Below, in pieces: positions 46,328 to 55,304 of a stretch of 64,000 nucleotides of DNA (its first letter is position 1; every line of letters begins with the position of its first letter). Made by a program: the position numbers and the translations under genes. The stretch lies in contig CAVPCT010000006.1 in the NCBI GenBank assembly GCA_963702475.1, forward strand, positions 1-64,000, written 5' to 3'. Origin of the DNA: an uncultured Thermoleophilia bacterium. GTDB lineage: Bacteria; Actinomycetota; Thermoleophilia; UBA2241. The notes under the pieces are model-generated. The model did not search any database and was not told where the DNA came from. It saw nothing but the letters and a program-made list of their open reading frames with translations.

Positions 46328-47560
46328 ATGCCCGACTTGCCGTACGAGGATGTCCAGATCGAGGGCCACCTCATCGACTCCCTCATGATGCCCCAGATCA
46401 TGGACCGCGTGATGGACCTCGAGGGCGAGTTCGAGATGCTCTCGTTCGAGGTCGGACGCATGAAGAACGACCCGTCCCACGCCGTGATGCGCATCTTCGG
46501 ACGCGACGCCGCGCATCTGGACCAGCTGCTCAACGCCGTCACCGACTACGGCGTCGTGGCCGTGCGGCCGCAGGACGCCGTCCTCGAGCCCTGCGACATC
46601 GACGGCACGTTCCCCGAGCGCTTCTACTCGACCACCAATCTGGTCACGTTCGTGCGTGTGGGCGGGGACTGGATCCGCGTCGAGAACCCCGAGATGGACT
46701 GCGGTATCCGTGTCGACCACCAGGCCCGCCGGGCCGGGACGGTCGCCATGAGCGACGCCACGGCCGGCGACCTCTTCGTCACCGGCCACCGCGGCATCCG
46801 CGTGCTGCCGCTCGAGCGGCCGCGGGAGAGCCAGCCGTTCGAGTTCATGGCCTCCAACGTGAGCAGCGAGAAGCCCAAGGCGCAGATCGTGCACGAGGTG
46901 GCGCACATCCTCCGGCAGGTCAAGGAGGAGGGCCGGCTCACGATCGCCGTCGTCGGCCCGGCGGTGGTACACACCGGGGCGGCGCCGCAGCTGGCCCGCC
47001 TCATCGAGGCGGGCTACATCGGCGCCGTGTTCGGCGGCAACGCCGTCGCCACGCACGACATCGAGTCGTGCCTGTACGGTACCTCGCTCGGCATCCACCT
47101 CGGCGAAGGCCACCCTGTGCAGGGCGGCCACGAGCACCACCTGCGCGCCATCAACACCGTGCGGCGCGCCGGCGGCATCCGCGCCGCCGTGGAGCAGGGC
47201 GTCGTCACCAAGGGCCTGATGCACACGCTGGTCAAGACCGGCACGCCGTTCGTGCTGGCCGGCAGCATCCGCGACGACGGACCCATGCCCGAGGTGATCA
47301 CCGACACCATGGAGGCGCAGCGCGAGATGCGCCGGTACTGCCAGGAGGCCGGCGCCTGCCTCATGCTCAGCACCATGCTGCACAGCATCGCCGTCGGCAA
47401 CATGCTGCCGGCCTCGGTGCGCACGGTGTGCGCGGACATCAATCCCGCGGTCGTGACCAAGCTCGGCGACCGCGGCTCCTTCCAGGCCATCGGGATCGTC
47501 ACCGATGTAGGACTGTTTGTGGAGCAGCTCGCCGACGAGCTGGACCGGCCGGGGGGGTGA
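46328..47560 (+). CDS. TIGR00300-family protein (ArgZ/AgrE C-terminal-like ornithine cyclodeaminase)
   Basis: GHLIDS, FYSTTN, EMDC, FEFMAS.VSSEKP, GNAVATHDIE, LAGSIRDDGP and LHSIAVGN motifs. Confidence 0.88.
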   Translation: MPDLPYEDVQIEGHLIDSLMMPQIMDRVMDLEGEFEMLSFEVGRMKNDPSHAVMRIFGRDAAHLDQLLNAVTDYGVVAVRPQDAVLEPCDIDGTFPERFYSTTNLVTFVRVGGDWIRVENPEMDCGIRVDHQARRAGTVAMSDATAGDLFVTGHRGIRVLPLERPRESQPFEFMASNVSSEKPKAQIVHEVAHILRQVKEEGRLTIAVVGPAVVHTGAAPQLARLIEAGYIGAVFGGNAVATHDIESCLYGTSLGIHLGEGHPVQGGHEHHLRAINTVRRAGGIRAAVEQGVVTKGLMHTLVKTGTPFVLAGSIRDDGPMPEVITDTMEAQREMRRYCQEAGACLMLSTMLHSIAVGNMLPASVRTVCADINPAVVTKLGDRGSFQAIGIVTDVGLFVEQLADELDRPGG

Positions 47561-47565
47561 GGCAC

Positions 47566-49020
47566 GTGCGCCTCTACTCACGACTCGACGACGCACAGTG
47601 CGAGCGCCTGCACGAGGCCACGCTGCGGGTGCTCGCGCGGACCGGGCTCATCGTCGACGAGCCCGAGGCGCTCGAGCTGCTGAAGCGCGCGGGCGCGGAC
47701 GTGGATGGCACGCGGGTGCGCATCCCCGAGCGCCTCGTCGCCTGGGCGCTGGAACTGGCGCCGCGCGAGGTGACGCTGTACGGGCGCGGCGGCGAACCGG
47801 CCCTGACCTGTGGGGGCTACGAGTACTCCTTCGGCGCCGGCAGCGACTGCATCGAGTGCTGGGACCACCGTACCGGCGAGCGGCGCAGGGCGCTCCTCTC
47901 CGACGTCGTCGACGCCGCCCGCGTGCAGGACGCCTGCGAGCACCTCGACTTCGTGATGAGCCTGTTCACGCCGAGCGACGTGACGCCGGAGGCCATGGAC
48001 CGGCACCAGATGGCGGCCATGCTGCGGAACTCGACCAAGCCCGTCGTGTACGTGACCCTCAACGATCTGGACGCCCATCTTGACGTCACGGAGATGGCGG
48101 AGGCGGTGGCGGGCGGGCCGGACGCGCTCGCCGCCCGCCCGCTGGTCGCCTGCTACAAGAACACGCTGTTCCCGCTCGTGCACAACCGGGAGGCCGTGCG
48201 CACGCTGCTCGACCTGGCGGGCAGGAACCTGCCGTGCATCTACAGCCCGGTGAGCACGGCCGGCACGGTGGCGCCGATGACCGTGCTCGGCTCGACCGTG
48301 GTCGTCAACGCCGGCGTGCTCGCCGGCCTCGTGATGGCGCAACTCAAGCGCGCCGGAGCGCCGTACATCGCCATCGGCTGGGCCGGCGAGGCGCTGGACA
48401 TGCGCACCATGGTCGACATCTTCGCGTGGCCCGACCACCGCGCCGTGTACTCGAGCCTGCTGCACTGGTACGGCCTGCCGATGTGGACGCTCGGCGGCGT
48501 GACCGACAGCAAGCTGCCCGACCAACAGGCCGCCGCCGAGGCGGCGCTCACCCTGCTCGCCGACGCCGTGAGCGGCGGCCACATGATCCACGACATCGGC
48601 TTCATGGAATCGGCCTTCACAGGGTCGCTGACGCAGGTCGTGCTGTGCGACGACATCGCCGGCTGGGTGAAGGCCTTCCTGAAGCCGGTGGAGATCACCG
48701 ACGAGGAGCTCGGCCTGGATGTGATCGACGAGGTCGGGCCCGGTGAGCTCTTTTTGAAGCACAAGCACACGCGGGCGCACGCACGCGACCGCTGGCAGCC
48801 GCAGGTGTTCGACCGGCGCTCGCGCGAGGAGTGGCTGGCGGGCGCGGCCGGAGGGCCTGCGGTCGCCGGCCCGACCGGCGGCCTGGACGCCACAGCCGTG
48901 GCCGCCGCCCGCGTGGACCGCATCCTGGCGGAGCACGACGTACCCTCGCTGCCGCCGATGATCGACGCGGCCATCGAGGCCGTGATCGCGCGCGCCGAAG
49001 CGCGCGCCCGCACGGCCTGA
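47566..49020 (+). CDS. Non-Pyl MttB-family methyltransferase (Val at the Pyl-equivalent position)
   Basis: RLHEATLRVL..TG, AGTVAPMT, LDMRT, LPMWTLGGVTDSKLPDQQA, IHDIGFMES and VGPG motifs. Confidence 0.88.
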   Translation: MRLYSRLDDAQCERLHEATLRVLARTGLIVDEPEALELLKRAGADVDGTRVRIPERLVAWALELAPREVTLYGRGGEPALTCGGYEYSFGAGSDCIECWDHRTGERRRALLSDVVDAARVQDACEHLDFVMSLFTPSDVTPEAMDRHQMAAMLRNSTKPVVYVTLNDLDAHLDVTEMAEAVAGGPDALAARPLVACYKNTLFPLVHNREAVRTLLDLAGRNLPCIYSPVSTAGTVAPMTVLGSTVVVNAGVLAGLVMAQLKRAGAPYIAIGWAGEALDMRTMVDIFAWPDHRAVYSSLLHWYGLPMWTLGGVTDSKLPDQQAAAEAALTLLADAVSGGHMIHDIGFMESAFTGSLTQVVLCDDIAGWVKAFLKPVEITDEELGLDVIDEVGPGELFLKHKHTRAHARDRWQPQVFDRRSREEWLAGAAGGPAVAGPTGGLDATAVAAARVDRILAEHDVPSLPPMIDAAIEAVIARAEARARTA

Positions 49021-49053
49021 GCGCCTGAGGCTCGCGCCACGCATCTCAGGCGC
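49021..49053 (+). terminator. Hairpin after the third mttB-family gene
   Basis: GCGCCTGAG ... CTCAGGCGC inverted repeat immediately after TGA. Confidence 0.45.
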
Positions 49054-49071
49054 TACCAAGCGCAGGTCAAG

Positions 49072-50121
49072 TTGCAAAGCCTCACCCGGTCGCTCTCCGG
49101 TGTCGACTACTTCGACTGCGACGACCTCGCCGTGCGGTCGGCGTTGCGCGATCCGATGCCGTTCCTGGCGGGGCTCCGCGGGCGGCGCGTCGTCCTCGAC
49201 GAGGTGCACCGCCTCGACGACCCCAGCACCATCCTCAAGAACGCGGCGGACCATTTCCCTGACGTGCGCATCGTCGCCACAGGCTCGTCGCGGATCTCCG
49301 CCTCGCGCAGGTTCCGTGATGCCCTCACGGGACGCAAGTACGAGCTCCACCTGCGCCCGCTGGCGCTGCCTGACCTGGAGCCCTTCGGCGACCCGAGCCT
49401 GCGGCATCGACTGACGGCAGGAGGACTCCCGGAGCACTTCCTCGCCGACCAGCCCGACGAAGCCTTTCGGGAGTGGCTGGATTCGTTCTGGGCGAAGGAC
49501 ATCCAGGAGTTGTTCCCGATCGAGTCCTTCGGACCGTTCCGCCGCTTCGTGGAGCTCCTTCTGGCCGACAGCGGCGGCGTGTTCGAGGCCACGCGGTTCG
49601 CCGCGGCGTGCGAGCTGAGCCGTCCGACCATCTCCCGGTATCTGGCCATCCTCGAAGCCACGCACGTTGCCAGCGTGGTCCGGCCGTTCACCACGCGCCG
49701 CGCGACAGAGATCGTGGCGGCTCCGCGCGTCTACGGCTTCGACACGGGGTTCGTGACGCACTACCGCGGGTGGCGCGACCTCAGGGACGAGGATCTCGGC
49801 GTTCTCTGGGAGCACTTCGTGCTCAACGAGCTGCTGGTGCGTCTCGACCTGGACCGCGCCCACTACTGGCGCGACAAGCGCGGGCACGAGGTCGACTTCG
49901 TCGTGGCCCGACCGGGCCGCGACCCCATCGCCGTGGAGTGCAAGTGGTCGCGTGCCCGCGCCGACGAGCTCGCCGGCATGGCGGCGTTCCGGCGGGCCTA
50001 CCCTGAGGGGGAGAACTATGTGGTCACCAGCGAGCCCGCGAGCCCGCTGCCGGTGAGCGCGTCGGGAGTTCGCGCGCTGGCGGTCTCGCTCGAAGGACTG
50101 GTCTCGAGGTTGGCCTCGTAA
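49072..50121 (+). pseudogene. AAA_14/DUF4143 ATPase, 5'-truncated (Walker A missing)
   Basis: VLDEVH, ATGSS, LTGR, GGLPE, FDTG, YWRDK...EVDF and VECK present; no GxxxxGKT, no convincing start or RBS. Confidence 0.65.
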
Positions 50122-50291
50122 GAGCCGGCTGCGAGCGCGGGTCTCACTCCGAAGTCGCCCCCCTCCTCCAACTCGGCGCTGGTCGTCTCCCGTCACGCGC
50201 CACCAGGGCCATCGGTGAGCGCGCGGCCGCAGCCGGGCGCGCGAGTATACTTCGAAGAAGACATCCAGACCCGTCATTGCGAGGTCCGCGC

Positions 50292-51503
50292 ATGAAGCCC
50301 CGACTCATCACCGACGACGTGTACCTGCTGGGAGCGGTCGACTGGGACCGCCGCCTGTTCGACGCGCTCATCCCCCTGCCCGACGGCACCAGCTACAACG
50401 CCTACTTCGTCCAGGGCCTCGAGAAGAACGTCCTGATCGACACCGTGGACCCCGCTAAGTGCCGCACCCTCATGGCGCAGCTCGACACCCTGCCGGCGCC
50501 GGACTACCTCGTCATCCATCACGTCGAGCAGGACCACTCCGGCTGTACGCCCGCGTTGCTGGAGCGGTACCCCGACCTCGTCGTGGTCTGCAACGAGAAG
50601 GCACGGGGGATGCTCGTGGATCACCTGCACATCGACGACGCCCGCGTCCGCGTCATCGCCGACGGGGACACGCTCGAGCTCGGCGGCAAGACGCTCACGT
50701 TCCTGTTCACCCCGTGGGTGCACTGGCCGGAGACGATGTGCACCTGGCTGGAGCAGGGCCGCATCCTGTTCAGCTGCGACTTCTTCGGCTCCCACTACGC
50801 CACCAACGACGTGTTCGCCGACAAGCATGAGGTGTACGACGGCGCCAAGCGGTACTACGCGGAGATCATGATGCCGTTCGGCGGCCAGGTGCTGAAGAAC
50901 ATCGACAAGGTCACCAGGTACCCCATCCGCTACATCGGTCCCAGCCACGGCCCGGTGTACGACGACCCGGCGTTCATCATCGAGGCGTACAAGGACTGGG
51001 CCGGCGGCGAACCCCAGAACATCGTGTGTCTGCCGTTCGTCAGCATGCACGACAGCACCCTGCTGATGGTCGACCACCTCACGTCGGCGCTCACCGACCG
51101 CGGCGTCGCCGTGGAGCGCTTCGACCTCACCTCGCTCGACGCCGGCGAGCTGGCGACCTCGCTCGTCCACGCCGGCACCATCGTGCTCGGCACGCCCACG
51201 GTGCTCACGGGGCCACACCCGCTCGCCGCGTACGCGGCGTTCCTCGCCAACGCGCTCAAGCCTCGGACGCGCTACGCCACGGTCATCGGCTCCTACGGCT
51301 GGGCCGGCAAGACGGTGGAGACGCTGGTCGGCATGATGGGCAAGCTCAAGGTCGAGTTTCTCGAGCCGGTGATGGCCAAGGGCCTGCCGCGGGCCGAGGC
51401 CTACGCGGCGCTGGACGCACTGGCCGACACCATCGCCGAGAAGCACAAGGAGCTGGCGCCCCGCAACTTCGCCGACCTCACGGTCTGCGGCACCGAGCGC
51501 TGA
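50292..51503 (+). CDS. fprA: Flavodiiron protein (O2/NO reductase)
   Basis: GTSYNAY, HVEQDHSG, VHWPE, SCDFFG and PSHG motifs plus flavodoxin domain (GTPT, GSYGW). Confidence 0.92.
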   Translation: MKPRLITDDVYLLGAVDWDRRLFDALIPLPDGTSYNAYFVQGLEKNVLIDTVDPAKCRTLMAQLDTLPAPDYLVIHHVEQDHSGCTPALLERYPDLVVVCNEKARGMLVDHLHIDDARVRVIADGDTLELGGKTLTFLFTPWVHWPETMCTWLEQGRILFSCDFFGSHYATNDVFADKHEVYDGAKRYYAEIMMPFGGQVLKNIDKVTRYPIRYIGPSHGPVYDDPAFIIEAYKDWAGGEPQNIVCLPFVSMHDSTLLMVDHLTSALTDRGVAVERFDLTSLDAGELATSLVHAGTIVLGTPTVLTGPHPLAAYAAFLANALKPRTRYATVIGSYGWAGKTVETLVGMMGKLKVEFLEPVMAKGLPRAEAYAALDALADTIAEKHKELAPRNFADLTVCGTER

Positions 51504-51573
51504 GGCCGCGCGGCGCGACGGGGGCGCGGCCCTGCGTAGCGCCTGCCGCGCGGCTGTCCAGTAGAGTCGCTGC

Positions 51574-52449
51574 ATGCTGACGATCCTCTTCGGCCTCGGC
51601 ACGTCGGTCGGGTACGCCCTGCACGACTTCCTCATGGTGAAGGTCGTGCGTGCCGTCTCGGTGTGGACGGGCCTCACCTGGTCGATGGGGACCGCGCTCG
51701 TCATCCTGTTCCCGCTGGCGATGATCCTCGACGGCCCGCCGGCGGGCGGCGCGGAGTGGCGCGCCGCCGGCTTCGGCGTGCTGAGCGGTCTGGCTGAGGC
51801 CGCGGGCCTCGCTGCGCTGCTCCGCGGCCTCGTCGTCGGCCGGCTCTCGCTGGTCACGCCGCTGGCGTCGCTCTCGGGGGGTTTCGTCGCGGCCGTCATG
51901 ATCCTCCGCGGCGAGGCGGTCACCCCGCTGCTCGCCGCGGGCCTCGTGCTCGCCGTGGTCGGCGGCTTGCTGGCCTCCATCGAGCGGGTGCCCAAAGAGG
52001 AGGTGTTCGGGCCCGACGCGCGCCCCACGAGGAGGACGCGCGCCACGGCAGGCGCCGGCTGGGCGCTCTTCTCCGCCGTGCTCTTCAGCGTCGCCATGCT
52101 CGTGCTCGCCGAGGCCGGCGCCATCCGCCCCGTCTCGCTCGCCGCGTTCGGGAGGATCGGCACCGTCGCGGTGATGCTGCCGGTGGCCCTGCTGCTTCGG
52201 CGGCTGCTGCTGCCGCGGCCCTTGGCCAAACGAGCCATGACCGCGGGCTGCTTCGACGCCGCGGCGTTCGTCTGCATGGCCGCGGCGGTCACTATCGGGC
52301 CGGTCGCCGTGGCCTCGGTGATGTCGGCGCAGGGCGGCCTGGCCGCCGCCGTGCTGGGGTTCGTCTTCCTGCACGAGCGGCTGGCACGCGTGCAGTACGC
52401 CGGCGTTGCGCTCACCTGCGTGGCGGTCGCGTTGCTGGCCGCGGGGTGA
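51574..52449 (+). CDS. EamA-family transporter
   Basis: About 10 TMs, LHERL...Q..G; leaderless TAGAGT-N6-ATG. Confidence 0.85.
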   Translation: MLTILFGLGTSVGYALHDFLMVKVVRAVSVWTGLTWSMGTALVILFPLAMILDGPPAGGAEWRAAGFGVLSGLAEAAGLAALLRGLVVGRLSLVTPLASLSGGFVAAVMILRGEAVTPLLAAGLVLAVVGGLLASIERVPKEEVFGPDARPTRRTRATAGAGWALFSAVLFSVAMLVLAEAGAIRPVSLAAFGRIGTVAVMLPVALLLRRLLLPRPLAKRAMTAGCFDAAAFVCMAAAVTIGPVAVASVMSAQGGLAAAVLGFVFLHERLARVQYAGVALTCVAVALLAAG

Positions 52450-52513
52450 CAGCAGGCGCCGGCACGGCGCGGCGGGCTTTCGGGGCGTGAGCCGGCCCGG
52501 ATAGACTCGCACC

Positions 52514-53341
52514 GTGCTCACCGTCCTCGCCGGCCTCCTCACAGCGCTCTCGTACTCGACCAGCGACATGCTGTCGCAGCGCATCACGCGCGCGACACGT
52601 CCGCTCACGCAGATGGTGTGGGTCATGGGGTTCGGAGCGATCGTGCTCATCCCCATCGCCCTCGCCATCCGCGGACTCCCGGGCGACGGTGAGTGGGGCG
52701 ACGCCGGCTTGGCTGCGCTCGCCGGCCTGCTGTACTTCTTCGCCCTCCTCATGCTGTTCAAGGGCCTGAGCACCGGCGACCTCGGCCTGGTCTCGGCCTT
52801 GGCCTCCCTGCAGGCAGCCTACGTCGCCGTGGTCGTGATCGCGCTGGGAGAGCCGGTGACGCCGGTGATGGGTGTCGCCCTTGGCCTCTGCGTCTGCGGC
52901 GGCCTGCTGGCCTCCTTCGAGGGTCGCGCGAGGACGGCACGAGGGGCGGTGTGGGCCCTGCTGTGCGGTCTCACGTTCTCCGGCGTGCTGCTCTGCTACA
53001 ACTACAGCGAGCTCGACTGGCTGTCGGAGGCCGCCCTCTCGCGCAGCGTGTCGCTGGCCGTCGCCGTCCCCATTGCGCTGTTCACCGGGAGCGTCGTCGT
53101 GCCCAGGGCCCTGCGTGTCACGGCGATTGGCGCGGGCGCGTTCGAGGTCTGTGGCCTGCTGCTGCTCACCATCACGTTCAGTCTGGGTCCGGCCACCATA
53201 GCCGGTGTGACCACGTCGCAGTTCGGGACGTTCGGCGTGTTGCTCGGCTACGTGTTCCTGCGCGAGCGGCCCAAACCGAACCAGTGGGCGGGCATCGTCT
53301 GCACCCTCGCCGGGGTGAGCGTGCTCACGGCGCTCGTCTGA
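52514..53341 (+). CDS. EamA-family transporter (tandem paralogue)
   Basis: About 10 TMs, FLRERP...QWAG; leaderless TAGACT-N6-GTG. Confidence 0.85.
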   Translation: MLTVLAGLLTALSYSTSDMLSQRITRATRPLTQMVWVMGFGAIVLIPIALAIRGLPGDGEWGDAGLAALAGLLYFFALLMLFKGLSTGDLGLVSALASLQAAYVAVVVIALGEPVTPVMGVALGLCVCGGLLASFEGRARTARGAVWALLCGLTFSGVLLCYNYSELDWLSEAALSRSVSLAVAVPIALFTGSVVVPRALRVTAIGAGAFEVCGLLLLTITFSLGPATIAGVTTSQFGTFGVLLGYVFLRERPKPNQWAGIVCTLAGVSVLTALV

Positions 53342-53493
53342 GTTGTCGCCGGTCGGCGTCCGGGTGCGAGCCGGCCGCTCGCAGGGCGTGGCCGAGCCAC
53401 GCATCACCGAGATCGATCTGAAGCCCGTGGCGGTCGCCGGGCTCCAGTCCCTGACGCACGCTCTGCGTCGATACGCCGCGCGGGCCGAGAGAG

Positions 53494-54255
53494 TCAGGTC
53501 GGTGGGGCGCCGCCACCGCGCAGCTCAGCGAGCGCTCTCGCGACGATCTGCCGCGTCCAGGCCAGGTGGCTGTGCATGCACGCCCCGGCGCGCTCTGGTT
53601 CGCGGTCGCGGACGGCCGCGAAGACCTCGCCGTGCGCAGCGCGCAGCTCGTCGGCGGGGTGTTCGCGCAGCAACAGGCCGGCGGGCAGGAAGAGTTCCTG
53701 GCGGACCGAGACGACGGCTCGTGCGAGGTGGCTGCTGTGCGCCGCCGCGGCGAGCGCGTCGTGGAATGAGCCGTTCCAGCGCAGCACTGCGGTGTGGCTG
53801 TCCGCGGCGGCGGCGGCCAGGGCGGTCTCGATGGCGGCGAGCTCCTTCGCCGTCCGCCTCTCCGCCGCGAGCCTCGCGACGTGTGACTCGACGATCTCGC
53901 GGAACTCCCACATGTCGTCCACCTCGTCGCCCTTCGCGGCCATCCAGGCGACCCAGATGCGGCTCAGCGTCTCGATGTCCTCGACCCTGGTGCCGCCCCG
54001 TGCCCCGCGGCTGGTGACGAGGTAACCGCTGGTCTCGAGCGATCTGAGGCCCAGGCGCAGCGTGAGCTGGGAGATACCGAGGCGCTCGGCGAGATCGCGG
54101 CTGGGCGGCAGCCAGTCTCCGGGGGAGAGCTCGGCAGAGAAGATGAGCCCGCGGATGAGCCGCGCGACGCCGTCGCTGGCGCTGGGCGTGTCGAGGGGAG
54201 GCACGTGCAACACGCCGCCGGCTTTGAGCGATGCCTGTTGCCGCGGTTCGGTCAT
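53494..54255 (-). CDS. GntR/FadR-family regulator
   Basis: PGDWLP..RDLAERLGIS...LR..L..L...G...RG..GGT.V wHTH plus FCD domain (FH..LA.A). Confidence 0.9.
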   Translation of the reverse strand: MTEPRQQASLKAGGVLHVPPLDTPSASDGVARLIRGLIFSAELSPGDWLPPSRDLAERLGISQLTLRLGLRSLETSGYLVTSRGARGGTRVEDIETLSRIWVAWMAAKGDEVDDMWEFREIVESHVARLAAERRTAKELAAIETALAAAAADSHTAVLRWNGSFHDALAAAAHSSHLARAVVSVRQELFLPAGLLLREHPADELRAAHGEVFAAVRDREPERAGACMHSHLAWTRQIVARALAELRGGGAPPT

Positions 54256-54290
54256 GGCTCCGTGGTCCCGGCGACCGTGCCGGGCGCCTC

Positions 54291-54344
54291 CTTGACCCTA
54301 TTGCGTGAAAGAGTTACGTTTTCATTATATGGGTATATGTCAAG
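54291..54344. promoter_or_regulatory. AT-rich divergent promoter region between the FadR-type regulator and ilvE
   Basis: Plus strand TTGACC-N17-TACGTT; minus strand TTGACA and TATAAT; bounded by CTTGAC/GTCAAG. Confidence 0.65.
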
Positions 54345-54356
54345 AGGAAGGGCATC

Positions 54357-55304
54357 GTGGAAGCGCTCGCGTTCAAGGACGGTGAGTTCGTTCCTTGCGC
54401 CGACGTCAGCGTCGGTATCGGGACGCACGCCCTGCACTACGGCACCAACGTCTTCGAGGGCATTCGCGGGTACTGGAGCGCGCAGCGCTCCGAGCTCCAG
54501 CTCTTCCGTGCACAGGACCATTTCGCGCGCCTCCTGGGGTCGGCGCGATTCTACGGCATGACCCTCCCCTACTCGATCGCTCAGCTGTGCGAGATCGCGC
54601 GGGAGATGCTGGGACGGTCGGACGTGCGCCACGACGTCTACGTGCGGCCGATCCTGTACATCTGCAGTGAAGGGATCGGCCTCTGGAGGGCCGACCTCAG
54701 CGAGAGCTTCGTCATGTTCCACGCGCCCATGGGCAGGTATGTCGGCGATGGCGGTGTCCGCTGCTGCGTGAGCACGTGGCGCCGTCCGCACGGCTCCACG
54801 GCGCCGACACGCGCGAAGATCGGCGGCGTGTACGCCTCGCTGGCCCTGGCGCGCCGCGAGGCCATGCAGGCCGGGTTCGACGAGGCCATCACGCTCACGG
54901 TCGACGGGCGGGTGGCCGAGGGCTCGGCGGAGAACATCTTCCTCGTCATCGACGGCAAGCTGGTCACGCCGTCGCTCGGCAGCGACATCCTCGCCGGGAT
55001 CACGCGCGCCACGATCATCGAGCTGGCCGAGAAGGAGCTGGGCCTGCTCACGGTGGAGCGTGACGTGAACCGCAGCGAGCTGGCGTTCGCGGACGAGGTC
55101 TTCTTCACGGGTACCGCGGCGGAGGTGACGCCGGTCGTGGAGATCGACCGGCGCCCGGTGGGCGACGGCCCGCCCGGGCCCGTGACGCAACGGCTCGGGG
55201 CCATCTACGACGAAGTCGTGCACGGTCTCCGCGAGGAGTACTCCTCGTGGCTGCTGCCGGTCTACGCGAACGGACTCCCGGCGGTGGGCGGGGCGCCGCG
55301 ATGA
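54357..55304 (+). CDS. ilvE: Branched-chain amino acid aminotransferase
   Basis: HALHYG..VFEGIR, YVRP, AKIGG.Y, EGSAEN.F, GITR and TGTAAEV motifs. Confidence 0.9.
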   Translation: MEALAFKDGEFVPCADVSVGIGTHALHYGTNVFEGIRGYWSAQRSELQLFRAQDHFARLLGSARFYGMTLPYSIAQLCEIAREMLGRSDVRHDVYVRPILYICSEGIGLWRADLSESFVMFHAPMGRYVGDGGVRCCVSTWRRPHGSTAPTRAKIGGVYASLALARREAMQAGFDEAITLTVDGRVAEGSAENIFLVIDGKLVTPSLGSDILAGITRATIIELAEKELGLLTVERDVNRSELAFADEVFFTGTAAEVTPVVEIDRRPVGDGPPGPVTQRLGAIYDEVVHGLREEYSSWLLPVYANGLPAVGGAPR

